A DNA stretch of 64,000 nucleotides. Origin: an uncultured Bacteroidales bacterium. GTDB lineage: Bacteria > Bacteroidota > Bacteroidia > Bacteroidales > JAGOPY01. The stretch covers positions 178,394 through 242,393 of the forward strand of contig CAZUDV010000006.1 of assembly GCA_964619555.1 (NCBI GenBank), read 5' to 3'. The notes beneath the pieces were generated by a model. It worked only from the letters and a program-made list of their open reading frames with translations. It did no database searches and was not told the DNA's origin. Every line of letters starts with the position of its first letter. The first letter of the stretch is position 1. Of this stretch, positions 20,787-29,062 are shown piece after piece. A program made the translations under genes and the position numbers.

Positions 20787-21022
20787 GAAAAATCCCCGGG
20801 ATTGTAGTGAAAAGTCTGTCCGTTGTCCTGCTTGAATTTGATGGCATCCGGATTCTTTTCCCAGTCTTTGTAATCTATCCAGCCCTTTATCGTATCCTCA
20901 TTATTTGAAACAATATAACCAGGCAAAAAATTTTGCTGCCCGGATAACATTAAAGTGCTGAGAAGCAATAATCCCATGGCACTGATATAATAAGGAAAAA
21001 GCTTATACTTTTTTCTTTTCAT
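20783..21022 (-). CDS. small secreted or membrane-anchored hypothetical protein
   Basis: 79 aa with a hydrophobic signal/anchor (YYISAMGLLLLSTLMLSG). No recognisable family. Confidence 0.45.
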   Translation of the reverse strand: MKRKKYKLFPYYISAMGLLLLSTLMLSGQQNFLPGYIVSNNEDTIKGWIDYKDWEKNPDAIKFKQDNGQTFHYNPGDFS

Positions 21023-21071
21023 TTTAAAATCCTATCAGCCAATAACTAATGCATTAAAATAATTCATGCGT

Positions 21072-22181
21072 TCAGCTGTCGAAAGCCCTTTGCTTTGGAT
21101 CGACCAAATTCGTCAGTTCTGTCACCGCCCTCTCCAAACCAAACCGCTCCTCTGCCCTTTTCCGTCCTTTCTCCCCCATTTGCTGCCGGACCTGGGGGTT
21201 ATTGGCCAGGAAAAAGATCATTTCGGCGAATTCATCGGTTTGAAAGTCCCTGACCAGGAAACCGGTCTCGCCGTCGGCCACGATCTCCGGGTTACTGCTG
21301 GCATGGAATGCAATAATTGGCTTCCTGCAGGCCATAGTTTCCACCAGGACATATCCGAACCCTTCCCAGCGTGAGGGCAACAGGAATATATCGCAAGACT
21401 CCAGCAATGGTTTGATATTTTCCAGGAAACCCAGAAAACTAACATGCTCCGATAGGCCGAGATCCTGGGCCAAACGAGAGATATCCGTTTTCAACTCCCC
21501 TTCTCCCGCGATCAGGAGCCTGAAATTCAAGCCGGTTTGCTTCAGCTTGCGTATTGCCTCAAATAAAAGATCATAACCCTTCTGCCTGGACAAACGTCCG
21601 GCCACGGCCAGTACGATTTCATCTCCCCGCCGCTTACAGATCGGCTCTGATTGATCGGCATCAAACCTTTCCAGGTCGATACCATTGTATATGACGTGGA
21701 TCTTTTCCAACGGAAAAAGAGCCGGGTTGTTCTCCAAAATGGTCCGTTTTGTTTCATTCGAATTGACCACCACTTCATCCACGTATTTTTTAAAAATGAA
21801 CCTGTTGAAGATGCTTGATTTTACGGGAATTGCGCTACCCCTTCGATAAACCACCCGGATGCCTCCGGCTACCCGGGCAGCAAAACCGGCGATCTTCAGG
21901 TCCGATGGCAGGTTGATGATCAACGTGTCAATCCCTGAGGATTTGAATTTCCCGATGAAGTACAGTATTTTCAAGGGATTTAAAAAGCTCAGGTTGGAGA
22001 TACAGGCGCGGATTGTCCGGATGCCGGCTGCCCTGGCCCTGGCTGCCAGCTCACTGTGCGGGTTGCACGCCAAGGTCACGTTGTAACCTCTGGTCATCAA
22101 AGCTATGGCCATTTCGAGGTGCCATTTCTCCCCTCCTCCCCACTTGCGGTTACTGTTGAAAAAACAGACGTTTCCTTTCAT
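21072..22181 (-). CDS. glycosyltransferase family 4 (GT-B)
   Basis: 369 aa. Contains EGFGYVLVETMACRKPIIA (E-x7-E motif) and the GT4 C-terminal half. Confidence 0.85.
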   Translation of the reverse strand: MKGNVCFFNSNRKWGGGEKWHLEMAIALMTRGYNVTLACNPHSELAARARAAGIRTIRACISNLSFLNPLKILYFIGKFKSSGIDTLIINLPSDLKIAGFAARVAGGIRVVYRRGSAIPVKSSIFNRFIFKKYVDEVVVNSNETKRTILENNPALFPLEKIHVIYNGIDLERFDADQSEPICKRRGDEIVLAVAGRLSRQKGYDLLFEAIRKLKQTGLNFRLLIAGEGELKTDISRLAQDLGLSEHVSFLGFLENIKPLLESCDIFLLPSRWEGFGYVLVETMACRKPIIAFHASSNPEIVADGETGFLVRDFQTDEFAEMIFFLANNPQVRQQMGEKGRKRAEERFGLERAVTELTNLVDPKQRAFDS

Positions 22182-22939
22182 GACCTGCCGGATTCGGTTT
22201 TATAAATGGCTTTCAGCTTGGCATATTTCAGAAAGTTCGAATAGGCGGAATTGCGACAGATCAGGTAACCGAAATAACCGTCCAGGAAACCCAATTTGAT
22301 GATATAGTCCCGGAAAAATTTGAATGCCGGGGAAAACATCATGGCCAGCCAGCTCGGTCTTATGCCTTTATCATACATTACCCTGGCCTTGATAGAAGAG
22401 AATTTATTGATCGTGGCAAGGTGCTGGTCCACCGTATAGAATGAATAATGCAGCAAATCACCTTTCAGATGTTTTTTTTGTGCGCCTGCCTCCAGAAAGA
22501 ACTCATCGTGCGGGTTCTCCCCTTTCCACAATCCCTTACGCCTGTCCCAAAGCCGGAGTTTTCGGTCAGGATACCATCCGCAGTGCCGGATCCATTTTCC
22601 GCAGTAACTGGTCAACCGGTTGAAATAATAACCTTCATATACAGGATTATCCTTCACTTCAACAATGGAATCCCTGAGTTCATCCGATAAAGATTCATCG
22701 GCATCCAGCGACAGCACAAGATCATACCTGGCCTGGTCTTTGGCCCAGTTCTTCTGCTCAATATAACCTTCAAAGGCGTGCTGAACAAACCGGACCCCGT
22801 GACGTTTACAAATCTCCCCGGTCCTATCCGTTGAAAAAGAGTCTACCACCAGGATCTCATCGGCAATTTCCTTGACCGAAAGAATGCACCTTTCAATGTT
22901 TCTCTCCTCGTTGAATGTGATGATGACAACGGATAACAT
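22178..22939 (-). CDS. glycosyltransferase family 2
   Basis: 253 aa. Contains LSVVIITFNEERNIERC, VVDSFSTDRT and LSLDADE (DxD). Overlaps the GT4 start by 4 nt. Confidence 0.9.
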   Translation of the reverse strand: MLSVVIITFNEERNIERCILSVKEIADEILVVDSFSTDRTGEICKRHGVRFVQHAFEGYIEQKNWAKDQARYDLVLSLDADESLSDELRDSIVEVKDNPVYEGYYFNRLTSYCGKWIRHCGWYPDRKLRLWDRRKGLWKGENPHDEFFLEAGAQKKHLKGDLLHYSFYTVDQHLATINKFSSIKARVMYDKGIRPSWLAMMFSPAFKFFRDYIIKLGFLDGYFGYLICRNSAYSNFLKYAKLKAIYKTESGRS

Positions 22940-22962
22940 CAGGCGTTAGCGGTTAATTAGTG

Positions 22963-22970
22963 CAAAGATA
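22963..22970 (-). promoter_or_regulatory. -7 box (TATCTTTG on the minus strand) for the GT2-GT4 operon
   Basis: Exact TAnnTTTG match, 23 nt upstream of ATG 22939. Confidence 0.45.
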
Positions 22971-22975
22971 GAAAA

Positions 22976-23031
22976 GAAGTTAGAAGTCAGGTGAAAGGAG
23001 TCGGAAGTCGGAAATCGTAAGTCAGACGTCG
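22976..23031. repeat. heptanucleotide tandem array, 8 units, consensus GAAGTCG
   Basis: Units read in order: gaagtta, gaagtca, ggtgaaa, ggagtcg, gaagtcg, gaaatcg, taagtca, gacgtcg. Confidence 0.8.
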
Positions 23032-23050
23032 AAAAAAAGAAATTTTAAGA

Positions 23051-23099
23051 TGCCAACCGTCAACTGCGAACTGCCAACTGCCAACTGCCAACTGTAACA
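23051..23099. repeat. heptanucleotide tandem array, 7 units, consensus TGCCAAC
   Basis: Units read in order: tgccaac, cgtcaac, tgcgaac, tgccaac, tgccaac, tgccaac, tgtaaca. Confidence 0.8.
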
Positions 23100-23153
23100 T
23101 TTCCCTCCCTCGTCCGTCTAATGCATAAATACTGGAACAGAAAATCTGCCTGA

Positions 23154-23639
23154 ATGACCGTAACAGAGTACAACCAGTGTGTTGACAGCCATTCCGACAA
23201 TGTGTACCGCTTCATCCTTAAAAATATCAGGGATGAACAGGCAGCCATGGATATTGTGCAGGATGCGTTCGAGAAACTATGGTTGAAATTCAGGGAGGTC
23301 AGCTACCAGAAGGCTAAATCGTACCTCTTTACCACTGCCTACCATCGTATGATCGATCATGTCAGGAAGGAAAAGAGAATGGGAAGGCTGTCCGAAGATT
23401 ATGATGTGGCGGAACAGGGAGACAGACCATATAATGATGTGAAAAAAGTCCTGGACGAAGCATTGCAAAGACTGCCGGAAATCCAGCGGTCAGTAGTGCT
23501 GCTCAGGGATTACGAAGGTTATTCGTACGAGGAGATCGGTCACATCACAAAGCTGAGCGAATCGCAGGTTAAAGTTTATATTTTCAGGGCAAGGGTAGCA
23601 TTGAAAAACTACCTGGTCAGCATTGACAATCTGGTTTGA
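23154..23639 (+). CDS. ECF-type RNA polymerase sigma-70 factor
   Basis: 161 aa. Region 2 (VYRFILKNIRDEQAAMDIVQDAFEKLW) and region 4 (LRDYEGYSYEEIGHITKLSESQVKVYIFRAR). Confidence 0.9.
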   Translation: MTVTEYNQCVDSHSDNVYRFILKNIRDEQAAMDIVQDAFEKLWLKFREVSYQKAKSYLFTTAYHRMIDHVRKEKRMGRLSEDYDVAEQGDRPYNDVKKVLDEALQRLPEIQRSVVLLRDYEGYSYEEIGHITKLSESQVKVYIFRARVALKNYLVSIDNLV

Positions 23640-23640
23640 A

Positions 23641-24720
23641 ATGGGCATCAATAAAGAAAATTACGAACAGTTCTTCCTGGACTACCTGGAAGGCAACCTC
23701 TCCCCGGAAGAGAAGCAGGAACTGGCTGATTTTATCATAGCCCACCCGGAACTGAGATCCTTGCTGGACGACTTCGATGGCACACCTATCCCACCCGACA
23801 GGATCACCTACCTTAAAAAGGAACGATTAAAAAAAAATATCCATAACTCTGTACATATAAATGAAGGTAATGCGGAAGCATGGATGATCGCGTCGATTGA
23901 AGGTAATCTGAATGCTACCGAAGCATTTGAGCTCTCTGAATTTATTTCTAAAAATCCTGTCTTTGAACGGGAATTGGAATTATACCGGAAAACCAGGATC
24001 GTTCCCGATGAAACCATCACTTTCCCGTTAAAAAGTTCGTTAAAAAAGAAGGCCCCTTACATCCTTCTGAAACGCAGCGGCTGGATCTCGGCATTAGTAG
24101 CTGCAGTAATCATCCTGTTTTTTGGCATACGCTTCTTTCTCCTCCGGCCCCCATCACCTGATGCCTTGCCTGAAATGACCATTGCATCGGGTTCGGCAGG
24201 TATTGATCAAACCATCCCGACCACTGCCTCTGAATCTTTACCGGAAAATCCTAAGAAAATACTGGCAGCTTCGCATGCAGCCGTTCCGGAACAGCCGGTT
24301 ACTGGAGCAGATACTGCAACAGCGACCTCGGAACGAACCGGTGTATCCAGAATAAAAGACCGGCATTTTGTCTTATCAGTCAATACCTCTTCAACTACGA
24401 CATCTTATCTTTCGCTCAAGAATGAAACAGAGGCCCCGAAAATAAAAGTTGAAAAAAATCAACCTCTCATTTCCAAAGTGACCGAAAATATATTCGCTCA
24501 GGCCGGAAAAAGTATCAGGGAAAGAACCCGTTTGGACAATATCCGCAACCAGAGACTGAATTTCTGGGGCGTTCTGTCATCAGGAATCAAAGGCTACAAT
24601 ACCATTACCGACCGCAATGTGGAACTTTTTGTCCGCCAGGATGAGAAAGGGAAAGTTTCATCTTATACACTCGTGGAACATGACCGGCTTATCATGACCA
24701 GGGATTTAAATAAAAACTGA
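23641..24720 (+). CDS. putative anti-sigma factor or membrane protein partnered with the ECF sigma
   Basis: ATG 23641 lies 1 nt after the sigma stop. The N-terminal YLEGNLSPEEKQEL motif is duplicated (IEGNLNATEAFEL). One TM helix (WISALVAAVIILFFGIRFFLL). The assignment rests on position only. Confidence 0.5.
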   Translation: MGINKENYEQFFLDYLEGNLSPEEKQELADFIIAHPELRSLLDDFDGTPIPPDRITYLKKERLKKNIHNSVHINEGNAEAWMIASIEGNLNATEAFELSEFISKNPVFERELELYRKTRIVPDETITFPLKSSLKKKAPYILLKRSGWISALVAAVIILFFGIRFFLLRPPSPDALPEMTIASGSAGIDQTIPTTASESLPENPKKILAASHAAVPEQPVTGADTATATSERTGVSRIKDRHFVLSVNTSSTTTSYLSLKNETEAPKIKVEKNQPLISKVTENIFAQAGKSIRERTRLDNIRNQRLNFWGVLSSGIKGYNTITDRNVELFVRQDEKGKVSSYTLVEHDRLIMTRDLNKN

Positions 24721-24783
24721 GTCCTGTAACATTTCCACGAGGCTTACCGTCACACGCACAGAAACCATTTAAAACAAACTGAT

Positions 24784-26343
24784 ATGAAACGGATTATCTT
24801 GCAATCTGCATGGCTGATCATGGCTGTTCTCATGATCCTGGTCCTGGACCACAACGTGGCGGCACAAAATGAAATTGTCCGCGAAACCCGGGATCTCCCG
24901 GTATTTGACCAAATTAATGCGGGAGGAGCGTTTGAAATAAAACTGACCCAGGGTACACCCCAGAATGTAGAGGTTGAAGCCAAGCAAAAAGTGATCGGCG
25001 ACATCCAGACCGAAGTTAAGGACGGCAACCTGGTCATCTCTTCCAAAGGCATTAACAACAACACACCTTTGAATATTTTTATCACGGTAGCCGAATTGAA
25101 AAAGCTGGAAATTCATGGGGCGGCTGAATTAGATGGCACGAATACTATTAAATCGGCCGACCTGGAAATAGTTGTTTCCGGCGCTGCAGAAGCAGACCTG
25201 GAGGTGGATGCAGCCAACCTGATCACCGATGTTTCGGGGGCAGCAGAATTGGATCTTTCAGGCAAGACCATCAACCACACGACCAATGTAAGCGGTGCGG
25301 CTTCATTAAATGCCGGCAATCTTAATGTCAAATATACCCAGGCTGATGTCAGCGGCGCGGCATCAGCCCATATCAATACGGAAAATCTGGTCGGAAATAC
25401 CAGCGGCGCCGGGGAAATTTATGATAAGGACAGGATGGTGGAAAAGTCGACGTGGGAAGAATCTCCCGGGGTATACATCGATACGGACAGGGACAGCGAC
25501 ACGACCTATATAAGGATTCCCGGAGCCGCGGTAGTGGTTACGGAAGGTGACGACTCCGTGACAGTGCGTGTTGGGAACAGGGTACTGGTGGTGGATGACG
25601 ACGGGGATGTGGAGTTCAAACGCTGTGCCATGCCCAGGTTCAACGGCCATTGGGCTGGTTTTGACATCGGTTTTAACGGATATGTGAATTCCGATTTCAA
25701 TATGAGTTTCCCGAAGGAGTATGAGTACATGGATTTGAGAATGGAAAAGTCGATTGCGACAAACCTGAATTTTTTCGAACAGAATATCCGTCTTGCCAAA
25801 AATCAGCATTGGGGCATCGTGACCGGGCTGGGGCTGGGCTTCAACGATTACCGGTTCCTGCACCAGACCAGGCTGAGCATGGATTCTTCATCGTTACAGG
25901 GATATATCGATGAAGACATAAGCATCCGGAAAACAAAACTTTCGGCTATGTACCTGAATTTGCCGATCCTGTTTGAATTTCAGACTGCTCCGGCTTATCA
26001 CAAAAACGGTTTCCATATCAATGCCGGGGTGATCATCGGGGCCAGGCTGTCTTCACATACCAAGATCTATTACAATGAGTTGAACAAAGAATTCAATGTG
26101 ACCCGGTACAACCCTGAGACCGGACAATATGAGGTTGCCTTTACGGCGATTTCCCCGGATGATCCCAAATCCAAACATTATGACGACTGGTTCATGCAAC
26201 CATTCAAATTCGATGCCTCGGTAAGGATTGGCTGGAATTTCCTGAATTTCTGGGCGAATTATTCATTGAACACGATGTTCAGGAAGGATAAAGGCCCGGA
26301 ACTTTATCCCTGGTCGGCCGGGATTACACTGGTTTGCTTCTAA
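24784..26343 (+). CDS. DUF2807 (head GIN / putative adhesin beta-helix) protein fused to a C-terminal outer-membrane beta-barrel-like domain
   Basis: 519 aa with a signal peptide. Contains LPVFDQINAGGAFEIKLTQG ... DGNLVISSKG and repeated SGAAExD rungs. The C-terminal half has alternating aromatic strands and ends in F. Confidence 0.7.
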   Translation: MKRIILQSAWLIMAVLMILVLDHNVAAQNEIVRETRDLPVFDQINAGGAFEIKLTQGTPQNVEVEAKQKVIGDIQTEVKDGNLVISSKGINNNTPLNIFITVAELKKLEIHGAAELDGTNTIKSADLEIVVSGAAEADLEVDAANLITDVSGAAELDLSGKTINHTTNVSGAASLNAGNLNVKYTQADVSGAASAHINTENLVGNTSGAGEIYDKDRMVEKSTWEESPGVYIDTDRDSDTTYIRIPGAAVVVTEGDDSVTVRVGNRVLVVDDDGDVEFKRCAMPRFNGHWAGFDIGFNGYVNSDFNMSFPKEYEYMDLRMEKSIATNLNFFEQNIRLAKNQHWGIVTGLGLGFNDYRFLHQTRLSMDSSSLQGYIDEDISIRKTKLSAMYLNLPILFEFQTAPAYHKNGFHINAGVIIGARLSSHTKIYYNELNKEFNVTRYNPETGQYEVAFTAISPDDPKSKHYDDWFMQPFKFDASVRIGWNFLNFWANYSLNTMFRKDKGPELYPWSAGITLVCF

Positions 26344-26395
26344 AGAGTGGTTAGTGTTTAGTGTTTAGTGGTTAGTGGTTAGTGTTTGGTGGTTT
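26344..26395. repeat. left arm of an inverted repeat: AGAGTG plus 7 heptamers (GTGKTTA)
   Basis: Units read in order: gtggtta, gtgttta, gtgttta, gtggtta, gtggtta, gtgtttg, gtggttt. The arm starts 1 nt after the upstream stop codon. Confidence 0.85.
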
Positions 26396-26487
26396 TTGAA
26401 AAAAAATTATTACTTTTACCAGCGAAAAAAAGATTATTGTAATGCGTTATAAAACAATAATTTAACAACAAATTGAACAAAAACAAC

Positions 26488-26534
26488 CCTAACCACTAAC
26501 CACTAACCACTAACCACTAACCACTAAACACTCT
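26488..26534. repeat. right arm of the inverted repeat: heptamers (ACTAACC) plus CACTCT
   Basis: Reads cctaacc, then actaacc x4, then actaaac, then actct. It is the reverse complement of the left arm apart from a few G/T unit variants, and ends 7 nt before the yebC ATG. Confidence 0.85.
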
Positions 26535-26541
26535 TCAGCAT

Positions 26542-27288
26542 ATGTCCGGTCACAATAAATGGTCCACGATCAAGCACAAAAAAGGGGCTGCGGATGCAAA
26601 GCGGTCCAAGATCTTTTCGAAAATCGTCAAAGAAATCCAGGTAGCTGTAAGAGAAGGTGGGGCCGACCCGGACGGCAATCCCAGGTTGCGACTGGCCATA
26701 CAGAATGCCAGGGGGGTCTCCATGCCCAAGGATAATATCGAGCGGGCCATCAAGGGCAGCAAGGATAAGGAAGCCAGTAGCCTCCTGGAGTTGACCTATG
26801 AGGGGTATCTTCCAAATGCAGTGGCTGTTTTTATCGAATGTACCACCGATAACCAGCAGCGAACCGTCAGCGTGATCCGTTCCATCTTCAATAAGTACAA
26901 CGGCAATTTAGGGACGAATGGCTCTCTCAGCTTCCTTTTCGATCGTAAAGGGGTATTTTCGATCCCAAAAGAGAATTACAATGCCGATGAGCACGAACTG
27001 GAACTGATTGATGCGGGGGCGGAGGATATCCAGGAAGAAGACGGTTATATCTCGATCACTACTGCCATGGAGGATTTCGGCAAGATGCAGAAGAAGCTCG
27101 AAGAACTTCAGGTAGTGGCTGAGAATGCAAGCCTGCAGAGAATTCCCAGGGATTATAAGAAGCTGGATCTCGATGATTCAAGAAAGATCATGAAGATGAT
27201 AGAAACGTTTGAGGATGAGGATGACGTGCAAAATGTCTATCACAACCTCGACATTCCGGACGAACTTTATGATGAAATGGAAGACTAA
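26542..27288 (+). CDS. yebC: YebC/PmpR family DNA-binding transcriptional regulator
   Basis: 248 aa. N-terminus MSGHNKWSTIKHKKGAADAKRSKIFSK. Confidence 0.9.
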   Translation: MSGHNKWSTIKHKKGAADAKRSKIFSKIVKEIQVAVREGGADPDGNPRLRLAIQNARGVSMPKDNIERAIKGSKDKEASSLLELTYEGYLPNAVAVFIECTTDNQQRTVSVIRSIFNKYNGNLGTNGSLSFLFDRKGVFSIPKENYNADEHELELIDAGAEDIQEEDGYISITTAMEDFGKMQKKLEELQVVAENASLQRIPRDYKKLDLDDSRKIMKMIETFEDEDDVQNVYHNLDIPDELYDEMED

Positions 27289-28771
27289 CCTATCTTCCTT
27301 TGGGCGAAATTACTCCTTTGCCCTGTTATTATTGGCCTTATTAAGTGCACACCTGCCTTTCCTCTCTGCTGATCCCGATCTCAATATTTCATTCAGCCGT
27401 GGCCCGTTCACCGATGAAGGACTTAATACTGTTCAGGTCCGCAACTGGATCAATCATGGCGAGCTGGACCTGGCTGAGTGTGACAACCTTTTGAAAACAC
27501 CACTTTTCGGGCTTTCTCTGATACTTCCTTATAAAGTTTTCGGCACCAGCCACCTGGTTTCCCGCCTTCATGTTCTGCTGTTGCTGTTGCTGACTCTGTT
27601 TTTGATCGGAAAGGATCCAAAACATAAAATTACCGTCGGAGTACTTATCCTGATCTCCTTCTTTCAATACCAGGTTTTCCATTTCTCTCATTTCAGCCTG
27701 GCTGAAATACTCTCATCAGCAGCCGTGTTGCTTTGCATACATTTTCTGGCCAGGTCTGCCGACATTCAGTACAATGCACGCCTGCGCCGCAACAATGCCA
27801 TCCTTTCAGCTGTATTTTTATCCCTGTCGTATTTTTTCAAGATCCAGTTTATTTACCTGGTTCTTTTGCTTCCAATCGTCCATTTGGGGATTTTGAGCCA
27901 GAAACTGCCTCTCTCCAGGAAATCCTTCATCCGACAGGGATTTTACAGCAGTGCCACATTACTTTTTTTCCTTATGATCTATTTGTTTGGGTGGTATCTC
28001 CCAAACAAGGATCTGTACGACCATATGATGTCCGGTCAATCCGGCGAATTCACAATTTCAAATAAAGTACTCGAATACCTGGAATTTAATCTCTCCAATT
28101 TCATTTTCACCGGATGGTTCCTGGCATTCATCATCCTGTTCATTTTGGCTGCCGGAACTGGTTTTTATCTTCTCAGAAAAAATCCTTCATCCCGATTTCC
28201 CGTTCTCTTTATCGCTTCTTTTGTTTGGTTTCTCCTGGAAACCCATAAGTTACTGATGGTTTACCTGCCCACCCGGTACCGGATCAGCCTGTATATTTCC
28301 GTTGGGCTCCTTATCAGTACGGTAATCGGGGAAATTATAGTCAAGAAAAGAAATCGCAATACCAAAGGCTTCCCGGGGTGGATCCATCCGGTTTCCCTTA
28401 TCGCAGCCGCTATTCTGATCAGCATAAACATCCTGAATTATTCCCGGAGTTTTTACGGCAGATCATTTAACATCCGGGATGCCAACCAATACCTTTCTGC
28501 GACGGTTAAACCGGAGGATGTCGTCCTCGGCTCCTGGGCTCCTTCCCTGACCTGGCAGGCAAAAGCCAAAGCAATTCCGGTTTGGAATAATTTTCTGAAC
28601 TATCAAGATCCCGTTAATAGTTATAAACCCCGGGTAATCATTTCCGAACCCGATGAACAGGATTCCGAACAAGCATACAAAAGCCAGAATATCAGCCTTA
28701 TGCAATTATCCGATTCATCCCGGACGGTCTCAATCGGTCAATGGCAAGTGACTATTTATTGGTTGAATTGA
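27269..28771 (+). CDS. polytopic membrane protein, ArnT/PMT-like GT-C glycosyltransferase candidate
   Basis: About 12 hydrophobic helices. An early loop FTDEGLNTVQVRNW carries an acidic DE pair as in GT-C enzymes. The start at ATG 27269/27272 overlaps the yebC end. The upstream ATG 27209 was rejected. Confidence 0.5.
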   Translation: MMKWKTNLSSFGRNYSFALLLLALLSAHLPFLSADPDLNISFSRGPFTDEGLNTVQVRNWINHGELDLAECDNLLKTPLFGLSLILPYKVFGTSHLVSRLHVLLLLLLTLFLIGKDPKHKITVGVLILISFFQYQVFHFSHFSLAEILSSAAVLLCIHFLARSADIQYNARLRRNNAILSAVFLSLSYFFKIQFIYLVLLLPIVHLGILSQKLPLSRKSFIRQGFYSSATLLFFLMIYLFGWYLPNKDLYDHMMSGQSGEFTISNKVLEYLEFNLSNFIFTGWFLAFIILFILAAGTGFYLLRKNPSSRFPVLFIASFVWFLLETHKLLMVYLPTRYRISLYISVGLLISTVIGEIIVKKRNRNTKGFPGWIHPVSLIAAAILISINILNYSRSFYGRSFNIRDANQYLSATVKPEDVVLGSWAPSLTWQAKAKAIPVWNNFLNYQDPVNSYKPRVIISEPDEQDSEQAYKSQNISLMQLSDSSRTVSIGQWQVTIYWLN

Positions 28772-29062
28772 GCCTGGTTAACCATGGCCATTTTTAGGCT
28801 TTTTAAAAGCATCCTGGGAACTCATCCCAATCCACATGGTAATAAGTGAATTTAAGATTATAAATCACTATTTAAATTCTTTTTAAATTACTTGACTCTT
28901 AATTCATATAGTTTATAAACAATTATTTATCTTATTGTATATCAATATTATACTATATAATTGAAGGATTTGAAGAAAGCCCTTCCGGTTTTGAAAATTC
29001 AAAAAAAATTCTATCTTCGCCGCCGATTCATTTCTTGTTAATCCTTTAACACTCAATAAAGA

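Noticed and set aside
22976-26534. The heptamer arrays considered as CRISPR arrays
   Set aside because: The units are 7 bp and directly abutting, with no spacers. No cas genes are present in the window.
26344-26534. The inverted-repeat element considered as a confirmed MITE
   Set aside because: There is no target-site duplication, no second copy in the window and no transposase. It is kept only as one hypothesis within the finding.
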